Positions 52,570 through 64,000 of a stretch of DNA of 64,000 nt are shown here, in pieces. The notes below the pieces were generated by a model, which did no database searches, was not told where the DNA came from, and saw only the letters and a program-made list of their open reading frames with translations. Source of the DNA: Tubiluchus corallicola (lineage: Eukaryota; Animalia; Priapulida). The translations under genes and the position numbers were made by a program. Within the stretch, counting starts at the first letter, position 1. The number at the start of each line of letters is the position of its first letter. The stretch lies in NCBI GenBank assembly GCA_030141605.1, contig JAQGDQ010000077.1, positions 1 through 64,000 of the forward strand, written 5' to 3'.

Positions 52570-53017
52570 CCCATTCACACCCGTTGTATCTCGTGGGATA
52601 CGAGAATATTTTCTGCCTTTAAAATTAATAAAATTTTAAAACTGGCAGTTATTTGATCTGTTAATAATTATTTTGATTTAAGCCAATAACAATAGACTAA
52701 AAATGGTGATAAAATGGCAAACTAGAAAATTTACATAGCATGAAAAACTGCGCAAGGTACAGTACTTTAGAGATGACTTTGTACAGATCAGCATAGCGTG
52801 CATACTAAATATCTTAGATACTTTGTACAAATTATCAGCAGTTGCAAAATGAAGCACATTTTATGCTTCCATTGAATCCCAATGTATCCCGTGGGATACA
52901 GGCTATATTTAGCACGCGGGCACAGGTAGAAAAAATAATTATTATGTGTAAGCAATATGGACATACTAAACAAAAGTACCAAGCCAAAATTTGTTTCTTA
53001 TTTAGGGACTGAAAGGG
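52570..53017. mobile_element. piggyBac-type MITE
   Basis: TTAA|CCCATTCA ... TGAAAGGG|TTAA. Confidence 0.75.
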
Positions 53018-53164
53018 TTAAGGTGCTAAAATGAGGACGCGATTTCTTGATAGCGTCTCTGATGTTTCAGCATTATGAAGGGTTGTGTGATGTGAAGATA
53101 AAGGTTTTCAGATGTTGTGATAAGGATTTCTTTAACGGATTTTAAGCTTCTAACCTTTTAATTT

Positions 53165-53750
53165 GTTAAAACAAAACCGCACCCGATCTTAGACTGTAGC
53201 TCAAAACAATCTACTCTTTAAGATGTTGAAAGGAAACATACTATTTTCTTCAAAAATGACTTACGTTAAAGAATTATTACCTCATAAACACAATTTCGTG
53301 TTCGCGCCACTAGTTCTTCACTCTTACATGCATTTCGCCATTCTCTTGTTAGACGGGCACTAGCGCCTGCATTTCGGAAACACGTTGCACAAAAACAGGT
53401 GGTGTACCACTCAATTCAGAAGTGTTAGTTTGTGACGAACTAACCACGTTTGACAGCTCATGCATGAGCACAACGGTAAATTTTAACTTGAATTTTTACC
53501 TTAAAACTTGCCTAGTTTTAGTACAAAACATGAATATCTTGCATAATCTTTGTACTTCAATTTTTGCTTTTGCAAACACATGCAACACGCTCGTGGAATA
53601 TTTTTACTGTTGAAAATTATGTTCGTTTGTGACGTCTTCAATAGTTAGGCTTGTCCGCCATTAATTAAGTTTTTAATCTATTATTTAATTAACAGACGCT
53701 TCGGCAGTATAAATTGCGTTAAAATGTTTTCCTTTATTCGGATTTGAAAG
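53165..53750. mobile_element. Family C copy, reverse orientation
   Basis: Reverse-complement similarity. Confidence 0.7.
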
Positions 53751-55284
53751 TTATACTCTATTAAGTTATATTATATACTGTTAAAGTTCATACAAAGTTA
53801 TATTACTTTGCACTACGCTTACCTTTTTGAAAGACTTATGGAAAGTGCCTTATGTAGAGAACAAAAGAAAGAAAGTAAACCTCAGTAATGGTGATTTATT
53901 TTCCAACCATCCTGTACATTACATTCCAGTGTGCACCGACTAAAAACACATTATTGATTTTACTGACAACTGGTATGAGTAACTTATACATTTTCTTTGT
54001 TACTGAAGAGTGGGGTACGAATGCTCTATACAGTGCTACTGCTAATGCAATCTCTATATGCAATAAGACAGCAAAAGGATTTTCTTGTCCTTTAATGTTG
54101 ACAGTTGTCTCAAAGTCAGGACCTGCCTCATTACTACTTGATAAGCCTCTAGTATGAACCCGTAGCACCACTTTCATATGTCTGTGCAGCCTCTCTTGAA
54201 GAGAGTAGCATGGCAACTGCAATTACATGAAGCAGTTTTTTTGAGCATTCACCATCCATATCCTAACCAGGTCTTGTGTTACTTAATTTTGTTCACCGAA
54301 CAACTGTGCACACAAGCACACACATGCGCGTGCACGCACACACACATGCACACCCTCACACACGTGTGCATGCACGCACACACACATACCCTGACCACTC
54401 AGCCTAAATGCTCTACTCCAAACAAGATGCGAAAGTGTCTTATGTAGAGAACAACGGAAAGATATTAAAGTAAGCCTCATTAACAGTGATTTATTTTTCA
54501 ACCAACCTGTATTTTATTATCGTGTTTCAGTGGGACTGAGTTCTTAGCCATTCAAATTTGGGAGGTGTATTTTAAAGTGACAACGTAAGTTATTGTCCTC
54601 TCAAGCATGATTGATTAAGCGCTTGTATATGCACAGGTGAAAGCATACCTTAGCGTGCATAGCCCTCCCAGGTAAAATGAAGGTAAACTCGAGGCCTGTG
54701 TGCTGCTAGGATTGTACCTGTTTGGAATGTGGAGAGTAAATAGTACGACAAGCAGACGACAAAATTTAACGTGATAATTGTGAAAATCATGCATCTCTGA
54801 ATAGAAAGTGTGATTTCACACGGAAATAATGCTTAATAACATGAACTGGTACAAGTGAATAATCCCTCAGCAAAGAAATGAAAATAAGGGGGGGGGGATT
54901 CAGTTTGGATTTTTTTCTTAAAGTTGAATGAAAGTCAATTCTAAAATATGTCCCGAAGAACTTTTCATCCCAAAGTTAGATTACTCACCAGTTTGAAAAT
55001 GCATATTTCTTTCTGTGCCATTTTACCTACTTTTGCAGTCCATTTTTTCCTGTGTAATTTTATGATTATATATTTTTTGTGTCTAATGGAAGGCTGGCGT
55101 TTACCACATGCGGTGCACTAGTATTTTGCTGTACATATGTACTGTGTATGCAACTTTTCATACAGTAAGTGATTCATTATCCTGCTGGTACAGTAAAAAT
55201 GTGCCCTGCAGTTGGCATTGTGCCAACCTGTCATTTTCGTGATCCATTGTTTCTGACACCCTGACATGATTTTGACTTTGTGGT

Positions 55285-55705
55285 ACTGTACCTTGTATGC
55301 ATTGTACATTTATTTGTACGTTTTTTTTAATATAGTTTATGTGTACCTTGTGTGCACTGTACATTCATTTATACGTATTTTAAAGATAGTTTATATGTAC
55401 CTTGTGTGCACTGTACATTTATTTATACATATTTTAAAGATAGTTTGTGTGTATCTTGTGTGCACTGTACATTTATTTATACGTATTTTAAAGATAGTTT
55501 ATGTGTACCTTGTGTGCACTGTACATTTATTTATACATATTTTAAAGATAGTTTATGTGTATCTTGCGTGCACTGTACATTTATTTATACATATTTTAAA
55601 GATAGTTTATGTGTATCTTGTGTGCACTGTACATTTATTTATACGTATTTTAAATATAGTTCATATTGTACCTTGCGTGCACTGTACAGTACACATTTAT
55701 TTATA
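55285..55705. repeat. 54-bp minisatellite
   Basis: About 7 units. Confidence 0.9.
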
Positions 55706-55711
55706 CAGTAA

Positions 55712-56292
55712 CAATTTAGGCTAGGAAAAGTCAGAAAAAAAGTCTGAATTTAGGCTAGGAAAAAGTCAGAAAAAAGTCTCAATTTAGGCCAGGAAAAAGT
55801 CAGAAAAAAGTCTCAATTTAGGCCAGGAAAAAGTCAGAAAAAAATCTCAATTTAGGCCAGGAAAAAGTCAGAAAAAAGTCTCAATTTAGGCTAGGAAAAA
55901 GTCAGAAAAAAGTCTCAATTTAGGCTAGGAAAAAGTCAGAAAAAAGTCTCAATTTAGGCTAGGAAAAAGTCAGAAAAAAGTCTCAATTTAGGCTAGGAAA
56001 AAGTCAGAAAAGGTCTGAATTTAGGCAGGAAAAAGTCAGAAAAAAGTCTCAATTTAGGCTAGGAAAAAGTCAGAAAAAAGTCTCAATTTAGGCTAGGAAA
56101 AAGTCAGAAAAAAGTCTCAATTTAGGCTAGGAAAAAGTCAGAAAAAAGTCTCAATTTAGGCTAGGAAAAAGTCAGAAAAAAGTCTCAATTTAGGCTAGGA
56201 AAAAGTCCGAAAAAGTCTCAATTTAGGCTAGGGAAAAGTCAGAAAAAGCCTCAATTTAGGCTAGGAAAAAGTCAGAAAAAAGTCACAATTAA
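55712..56292. repeat. 34-bp minisatellite AATTTAGGCTAGGAAAAAGTCAGAAAAAAGTCTC
   Basis: About 17 units. Confidence 0.93.
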
Positions 56293-57254
56293 TTAAGTGT
56301 GCGGGTTAGACGTAGGAATGTTTTTTCTGTGCCTTTCGTCCTACAACTTTTTTACCTGGATTCACGTATTCTAGTAGCTATTTTTACAATGTACAGTTTG
56401 CATACTGTAGTATGTGATGACCATTCCTGATCACGTGACACTTGCTCCACTCATTTTCCAGTTCCCCAAAAAATTACAAAACTCCATTGATTCGCTTATT
56501 CAGAGTCAGTCATTTCCGTGTTAAAATGCTGCATAATGTTAAAATCATCTGTGTATAAAGAGAAGCGACGGACTATCAATGAATCTGTGTATAACATCAA
56601 GCAGCTGTTTTATTAATCGCAATGGATTAATCTAATTACTAATAGCTTTAAATTTCTCGAGTGAACGCGTCACGTGATTAATGGCTGTTTTGTCCTCTGA
56701 TAATGCGCACAATTCACTTCAACCTTGTTTATTCTCCACGAAGGGCAGACATGATTTTATTAGTATAAATTAAAGAAGAGTTTTGCGTAATTTGTGTTGA
56801 TAATAATTGATTTGTACGTTCTCAGCACAAATAACAATTTTTTCTCTCATGGTTGCCCGCCGAATCCGGGGCAATTCGATTAGCGTTGGTTTAACTCACA
56901 TTAACTCATTGTGTCGATTTGAAAGAGAGACGGTCCGATGGTTTTTTCGCAAAAGGAGAGAACGCTACAGTTGTTTGATATCTAGATAATTTCTTTATCA
57001 TATATCGGGCTATAAACTGTCAAGTAGTGTACTATTACCACTCACTTCCTAGTTCCATAATCGGTTGTATGGCATTCAGCGTGGTGGGTCAACACTGACA
57101 AAAGACGTGTGTTTTTCTGCCTCGCACAGAGGTATGATAAGCTTGCAGGCAACAATGGTTCATGTTTAGGAAGTAGTTTACAGGGGAAGCTTTACACCTT
57201 TCCTGTTTAGTGCAATAAGCTCAGGATGTTTATTTAGGACCTTTTTGACCCGTT

Positions 57255-57458
57255 CCCCCCTTTTCAAGGCTGTTGATTCTCGTCACCACCCCCCCCCCCC
57301 GCCCGCCAGCCCACAAACAATGTACATATTCTACAGATTTTTCTACAATATACGCTATCCCCCCTTTTCAAGGCTGTTGATTCTCGTTCCACACCCCCCC
57401 CCCCCCGCCAGCCCACAAACAATGTACATATTCTACAGATTTTTCTACAATATACGCT
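57255..57458. repeat. ~103-bp direct duplication within a partial hAT-like element
   Basis: Two copies; a GGTTGAGAACCCCTG terminus follows near 57525. Confidence 0.75.
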
Positions 57459-57635
57459 TTTCTACATATTTTCATTTTTCCACCCATTCGTTCCTTCCTG
57501 GAGGTGGCTCATCCCCCCCCATCGGTTGAGAACCCCTGATTTAGGAAGTTCATTACTGTATTACAGTACGAATTCAGTTAAAAAGTCACGGGAAAATGTC
57601 GTTCCGGGAAAAAATAAGTAACTCTAACCCCTAAC

Positions 57636-58045
57636 TAAGGTTGAGCGTTCTCTACCAGAAAACGAATCGAATCGAATTTCTGACTTTCGATTTTGAATCG
57701 AACCGAATTTCAATATTTCGGAATTCGAGTCGAATTCGAATTGAGTTTGAAAGAGTTTCGAACAAGTTTTCGAACCCTCAGCAAAAAGCGGTTTTACAAA
57801 GATGATGCGCAGAGACCCTCTCTTACTCGTTTTTGTCCTGCAGTAAAACTACCAATAATTAGCTTAAAAATTGCGCACAGAAATCGCTACTAAATTGCGC
57901 TAATTGCGTGACGTTTAAAACGTTTTAATGACAAGAGAACGTATGTGGTTTAAGTGTTCGAATCCATAATTTTAGGATCGAATCGAATTCGAATTAGAAA
58001 ACGCAGTTCGAACGTTTGAAGTCGAACGTTCGTTGCTCACCCCTA
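57636..58045. mobile_element. hAT MITE family D
   Basis: TTCGAA-rich subtermini, TSD CCCCTAAC/CCCCTAAT. Confidence 0.8.
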
Positions 58046-58089
58046 CCCCTAATCGTAAGATATTGTAAAACATACTATGTACAATATAC

Positions 58090-58450
58090 TATGTCCCAAA
58101 AAACTTTCCATGCAAAGTTATATTACTTAGCATTTCGCTTACCAGCTGGAAAGACTTATGTAACTATAAATGATAATTTAAAATGTTTTCGCCAATTGGA
58201 AAAATGTCGTTAACTCACCTCCAGGGTGCAGTTAACGACATTCACCACTCACTAATCAAAAAACGCATTTTTAATTTTATTGACACGATACGGTAATGTA
58301 AAATTTGGCTTAGTTAGTAACATGTGCGCTACGAATGCTCTGATTAGTTTTTCAAAGTTTACACAATGTTATCTAAACTTGTTTCAAACGACTTATCATC
58401 AAAATGGCTGCGTCTAACGGTCATCGCGGGAGTTTAAATTTAGAAGTTTT
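58090..58450. mobile_element. Family B fragment, followed by a family C end at 58470-58597
   Basis: Sequence similarity to the other copies. Confidence 0.6.
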
Positions 58451-59204
58451 TAAAAGTTCTCAAGCGTCTTGTTTAAGTTTTCAATCTGTTATTTAATTAC
58501 CAGAAGCGTTTTTGCGGTATTAATTCTGTTAAAATGTACACTTTTTATCGGACTTCAAAATGGGGCAGTTTATGAAAAATCATCCAGTCTTCCCTTAAGC
58601 TTGTGAGGTGACAGCGGCTTTGCGTTTGGCGGATTTACCCCTTTTCTAAATCTGTTTTCTGTTAGTTGAGCAAATGGGAAAAAGCTGTACGAGGCAGCTA
58701 GGGTGCACTTTTCCACGTGTTGCGTTACAAACGTTTTGTAATTCAGAGTTATTTCTAGAAAACAGGGGGCATAATTACTGCGCGAGAAAGACTAGATAGC
58801 TGTGCATTAAATATTTCGTACATACAAGTAAACAGGTCCTTGACATAACAGTTTTAAGTGTGATAGTGTCTGGTAATTCTTGGCTTTCCCATGCCAATCT
58901 CACTTTGATAGCATCTAAATTTTGAAAATTATGCATATGTCATTCTCATCAACGCTCTTTCGCTTTATCATTTTTTGTTTTCATTACCGTTTTTCTTCTT
59001 CTTTAAATTGTTTTTTCTGTGTATATTGCATGTTTTCCCGATACATTACTGTATTTTGCTAATTCTTGCGGAGTTAATAAATAAATTGAATTGAATTGAA
59101 CTGTGTCTTCATTCGTGCCATTTATTAGGTTAACGCTGCACTAAGTTTCTTATAGCGTTAAGTTGATGTGCCTCCATGTGCTGATGGTTTATAGATATTG
59201 TATA

Positions 59205-60140
59205 TTACGTATTGTTCTGTATGTACATTGTATATAATAATTGGCATTGTATATAATAAGTCCAAAAAATAATTATAACTTAATGCTGTTAAAGATGAGG
59301 AAAAGGTGAGACTTTGTAAAGTACATGTCCCAGAAAAACGTTCCACACAATGTTATGCAACTTGGCATTATCCAAACCTGCTTGATTCTGCAACTAGAAA
59401 AGAGAATTCTTTGTAATTTTAAATATTGGCGCCACCTGGTAGACGTCGCTGACCTTCCCAGTGTGCACCACTGACTCACCACAAAATGTACTTTAAAGCA
59501 AAACTGGGCCCAATGTTAAACTGCAGGTTAAAAAAATCTACTCTTCAAAATTTTGAAAAGAACTTACTATTTTTTTCAAGAATGACTTACGTGAAAGAAT
59601 TATTACCACACAAACACAATTTCACGTTCGCGCCACTAGTTCTTCACTGTTACATGCATTTTGCCATTCCGTAGTTAGACGGTCACTAAGAAAACGCATT
59701 GCACAAAAAACAGGTGCTGTTTAGTTCATTTCAGATGTGTTAGTTTGTCACGAACTACACACGTTCAGCAGCTCATGCCCGAGTGTAGCGGTAAATATAA
59801 AATTTTAATTTTTACCTTAAAACTTGCCTCGTATATGAAAAATCATTCTGCTTATAATCTTATTGACAAGATACAGTAGTCTGTGCTTTTGCTTAGTTAG
59901 TGAAGTGTGTGCTATGAATGCTTTGATTGTTTTTTCAAACTTCAGGCGGTGTTGATTAACTTGTTGTAACTTACTGTTAAAAGGCTGTGCTTAATGGTGG
60001 TCATCACGGGAGTTTAAATTTACAACTTTGTATACCTGCTAATCTATGCTGTGTGGACAATAAGGCTGTATGTAAGTTGTATGAAATTTCAAGACGATTT
60101 TTAGCTGTACCTAAGTAAAAGGTTTTCTTGTGGCTTAAGT
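59205..60140. mobile_element. Composite: family C (59496-59830) nested at a TTAA inside a diverged family B copy
   Basis: B-like sequence on both sides of C; 59205-59690 is the reverse complement of ~6440-6910. Confidence 0.65.
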
Positions 60141-61141
60141 CATTGTTGTTATAAGTGTAAAGAAGTAATTTAATTTTAAATTTTACCAGAAATAAGTTAC
60201 AAAACCCCATGGTGTAAAGGCCTGTCGGGCTCTGCCCTGCTTGACAAGTCAAGTTTGCACATTTTGCACACGCCCTGCCTACTTCCTTGTCATGTAAATT
60301 TTAATTCGTGCTTTTGTAATCCTTCGCTCAGCAGTACGTGATTGTTATGCAAGCCCAGGAGACCTTGCCTGGAATGATAGCTGTAGATTAAGGCAAGTAG
60401 ATTAAGTAATGCTAAAGAAACGATTCGTTTTGCCTGCCTTGGAAGAAGAAGGTGTAATTACATTGGAGCCCGGGCGAAAGCACAACTACACTTTTCTGTC
60501 GCTGATATTGCGCTAGCAAAGACGAATTTGCCCTGGGACGTGCGTAAATTAACGTTACGTTTGTAGAGGTTAATTGCAGTTTGTCTGTACAGTTCGTGTG
60601 CGCGTTTGTTTGTGCAAAACCTGCCCGGGAGGGGTGGGGATTTTAGAGATAAACCTTGAAGCAGCTGGGTGTGAATTAGCGTTGCTAAAGTGTTACAAAT
60701 GGCTGTACATACAGTCTTAGAAATGTGTGTAAAACATGCTGTACAATGACCTAGCTTGATAGCTGATGATTTATATTTTGACGGCAGTACAAAGGCGTAT
60801 AATTTCGTCACAGATCCAATAATTTATTACAAATACAATATAATCATCATAATTATTATTACAATGTATTTTATTGGCATGTAAAATTGACACAACACGT
60901 GCAATGATGCTAGTTGACAAGAAGTATATAAAAACAAAGGCATGAATTGGCAGTATTATAAAATGATTAGTCTGCTGTCTTTGAAATCATTCAAGTTCTC
61001 ATTAATTTTTATTATATTATGTTTTATAATCTATTTGGTCATTCAATTTTCACTGCATATTATGCCTGTTTATAAGTTCTCTTGTTCCCCGCGGTTTATT
61101 CAGCATTGTACTTGACATTTTTGGCACTTTATCATCATCAT

Positions 61142-61806
61142 GTGTGTGCTTGCATAGCAAATTGTCCATAAGTGGGCAATTAAGCTCTTCCAGACATTCA
61201 CATATCCTGAATCTCCATTTCACGAGGATCTTTTTGATACCAAGTTGATCACTCTATGTTATTTCTAAGCTGAGATAATCCACATTGAAGTTGAGGTGCA
61301 GGCTGCACACTGAAAAGCATAATCTTGAGAAAATCACTGTTAAAGTCAGCCATTGTTTTTTTATCGCGTCTCTACAAAACACTTAGCATCTAGCCAAATA
61401 TTGGTTGCTATGGATTTTACAAGAGCACATTCAAGCTATGTTTAAATCCAGTAGATGACTCTTCCTGATGAAGATCTGGGCTTGGCAACCCGAAAAAACC
61501 CAAAGCAAAATGGCTGCTTCCACGAGCTACAATCGGACTTTGAAAATACAAGTTTTTTAAAATTGCAGTACTAGTTTCTAGCACAAAAAATGGGTGCAGG
61601 GTTATAAAATTAGATTTTTTGTATTTTTAAATGGTTTCTTGATAATTTGATGTTAGAATATGAAAGTCCAATATATTTAGGGATTGTTTTTATAAAAAAA
61701 CAAAAATTGACATTTTACAAAACGTTTGGTGCATTCAATTTTGAGGCATCATAACACAGTTTTAACTATGGCGAGTTACGGATGGTTTTGGTTTGCAAGC
61801 TCACAT
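61142..61806. mobile_element. MITE family A copy 3
   Basis: Full-length similarity to 5098-5735. Confidence 0.8.
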
Positions 61807-62099
61807 GTATCGTATTGATTCAACTTGCTAAGTTCTAGTTCCTTTAGCAAACCTTCAAAATATCTGTTTTTTGTTACCTATAAAAGAAAACCCTATAGAC
61901 TAATTAAATTATTTATTATTGACTTAATTCTTCTAAACCTTTACTAAACTAGTTGGACGACAACATGTTGTCTGCATTTTAACATTATAGCTGCACCTTC
62001 ATCAGAAATTCGTGTTTGAAACAGCTGCAAACGCTAAGCTACACGTGTGTTATTTATACTAATAATTTGTTTACTGACTGTTTGTTTATGTGTTTACAG

Positions 62100-62231
62100 G
62101 TTTCTGGCGAAGGTGTGGACCTAACCCTGGCTGAACTTCAGGAGATGGCCACCAGGCAGCAGCAGCAGATCGAGACGCAGCAGCAGATGCTTGTTGCTAA
62201 GGAGCAGAGGCTCAAGTTTCTTAAGCAGCAG
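62100..62231 (+). CDS. Internal exon of an ASPP-family (apoptosis-stimulating of p53, PPP1R13B/TP53BP2-like) gene; the gene continues beyond the window
   Basis: [39 protein letters not shown] is near-identical to the ASPP1/2 N-terminal Gln-rich coiled coil; TTACAG acceptor, GTAGTT donor, phase 0/0. Confidence 0.9.
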
Positions 62232-62393
62232 GTAGTTACAGTGTGAATTATTAATCGTGATTATTAGTGCATAAGGTCAGGCGATTATGATCACAAGTTA
62301 ATAATTTATCTGAAGTCAGATTGCGTTTGCAGAGTGTTTAACCAACATATTTTTGCTGGAACTCATCGTCCTTGGATGACATTCGGTATGTAC

Positions 62394-62767
62394 TTGGGGT
62401 GAGCATTCTCTACCAGAAAGCGAATTCGAATCGTACTGAATTTGTGACTTTCGAATTCGAATCGAACCGAACTTCAGTGTTCCGAATTCGAACCGAATTC
62501 GAATTAAGCTCGAAAGATTAGTCTTAGAAAGATCATGCATATCACTAGATTTTGTTCTGCAATGAAACGACTAGTAATTTCTTTAAAATTGTGCGCAGAA
62601 ATAACAACTAAATTATGTTAATTGCATGATGTTTCAATCGTTTTAGTGATCAAGAACATATGTGATTGAAGTGCTGAATTATTCGAATCTATAGTTTTGG
62701 ATTCGAATTGAGTTTGAACTAAAAAAACTCATTCGAATCGAACTCGAACGTTCGATGCTCACCCCTA
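62394..62767. mobile_element. hAT MITE family D
   Basis: TIR TxGGGGTGAGCAT, perfect TSD GTATGTAC. Confidence 0.85.
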
Positions 62768-62962
62768 GTATGTACCAGATATTGTACTAACACAGAATTT
62801 AATAGTTACCTCTTAATTGTGTATTTGAAGATTTGTAAATTTGACACTATGATATCTATCGAATGAGGATTCCGCAACTTTTGACAACAAGAAATATGAT
62901 CCACATGTCTAACTGCCATATTTTTATGGTCACGTCTCCGAGCAGGGCTCTTGTTTTCTTAA

Positions 62963-63635
62963 AGCACAAGAAAATCCTCCACTTGCATAAAGCTTAGAAA
63001 ATTCGTCTTGCAATTTTATACCACTTACATACTGCATTTTTGCATGCATGACTTCAATCAACAGTGACCTTGTATAAAACATGTAAATTTAAACTCCCGG
63101 GATAACCGTTAGGCGCAGCCATTTTGAGGATAAGTCTTTTCAAACAAGTTTTGATAACATTGAGTAAAGTTTGAGAAAATAATCAGAGCATTCGTAGCAT
63201 ACATGTTGCTAATTAAGTAAAATTTAAAATTACTGTATCTTGTCGCTAAGATTAAGAATACGTTTTTGGCCAGTGAGTGGCGCACCCTGGAGGGTGAATT
63301 AACTTTTACCAATTGGCACAAACATTTTAAATAATTAGTCTAGTTTCATAAATCTTTGCAGCAGGTAGGTGAAATGCTAAGTAATATAATTTTGCATGGA
63401 ACGTTTTTTGGGACATAATTTAACATTTCCTTTTCTTTCCCTGTTTGAAACTATGTGTATATGATGTCATGTAATGGCGCGCTTGGTACTTTAGGTACAG
63501 GAGATCTAAAATGAAACAAACAAAAAAGTCGATTAAACAAACAAACAAACATACAAACGATAAATTGCTACAAAGTATTATAATTTTTAAGGTGATTTTT
63601 CTGAAACCTATTTCAGGTTCCCCCTGTCTTGTCCT
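62963..63635. mobile_element. Family B copy with TTAA at both ends
   Basis: TTAA|AGCACAAG ... CTTGTCCT|TTAA. Confidence 0.8.
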
Positions 63636-64000
63636 TTAATATATCAAAACATAAGCCTCCACTGCTATTGTATACATGGATTACCCCCTGTCTTGTCCTT
63701 TAATATATCAAAACATAGGCCTCCACTGCTATTGTATACATGGATTATCCCCTGTCTTGTCCTTTAATATATCAAAACATAAGCCTCCACTGCTATTGTA
63801 TGCATGGATTATCCCCTGTCTGGTCCTTTAATATATCAAAACATAAGCCTCCACTGCTATTGTATACATGGATTATCCCCTGTCTTGTCCTTTAATATAT
63901 CAAAACATAAGCCTCCACTGCTATTGTATGCATGGATTATCCCCTGTCTGGTCCTTTAATATATCAAAACATAAGCCTCAACTGCTATTGTATACATGGA
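63621..64000. repeat. 64-bp tandem repeat starting at the family B terminus, runs off the window
   Basis: Each unit contains CTGTCTTGTCCT|TTAA plus flank. Confidence 0.92.

Noticed and set aside
57000-57131. Possible further ASPP exon ending GAG|GTATGA
   Set aside because: In-frame stop in the phase needed to join 62100; no other support

Overview
AT-rich eukaryotic (probably invertebrate animal) genomic DNA with spliced genes. Three protein-coding loci were reconstructed by hand from GT-AG splice sites and frame continuity. (1) A complete 10-coding-exon DNA polymerase eta gene (POLH) on the minus strand, 21734->3155, 832 aa. It carries a Pol iota/REV1-type UBM as well as the usual UBZ and PIP motifs. 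(2) A head-to-head 3-exon plus-strand gene, 27261->33418, 511 aa. It fuses a THAP zinc finger through an acidic linker to an IS1595/ISXO2 (Merlin-type) transposase domain that has lost two of the three DDE residues. This candidate domesticated transposase is the most novel item. (3) The 5' part of an ASPP-family (PPP1R13B/TP53BP2-like) gene, with one firm exon at 62100-62231 and candidate alternative first exons. The rest is dense with non-autonomous DNA transposons (hAT, Tc1/Tigger, piggyBac, Kolobok-like, Ginger-like), LINE remnants, micro/minisatellites and local inverted duplications. One of these is an antisense tandem copy of the POLH catalytic exon's splice acceptor lying in the upstream intron. 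Coordinates were read by eye and repeat boundaries may be a few bases off.
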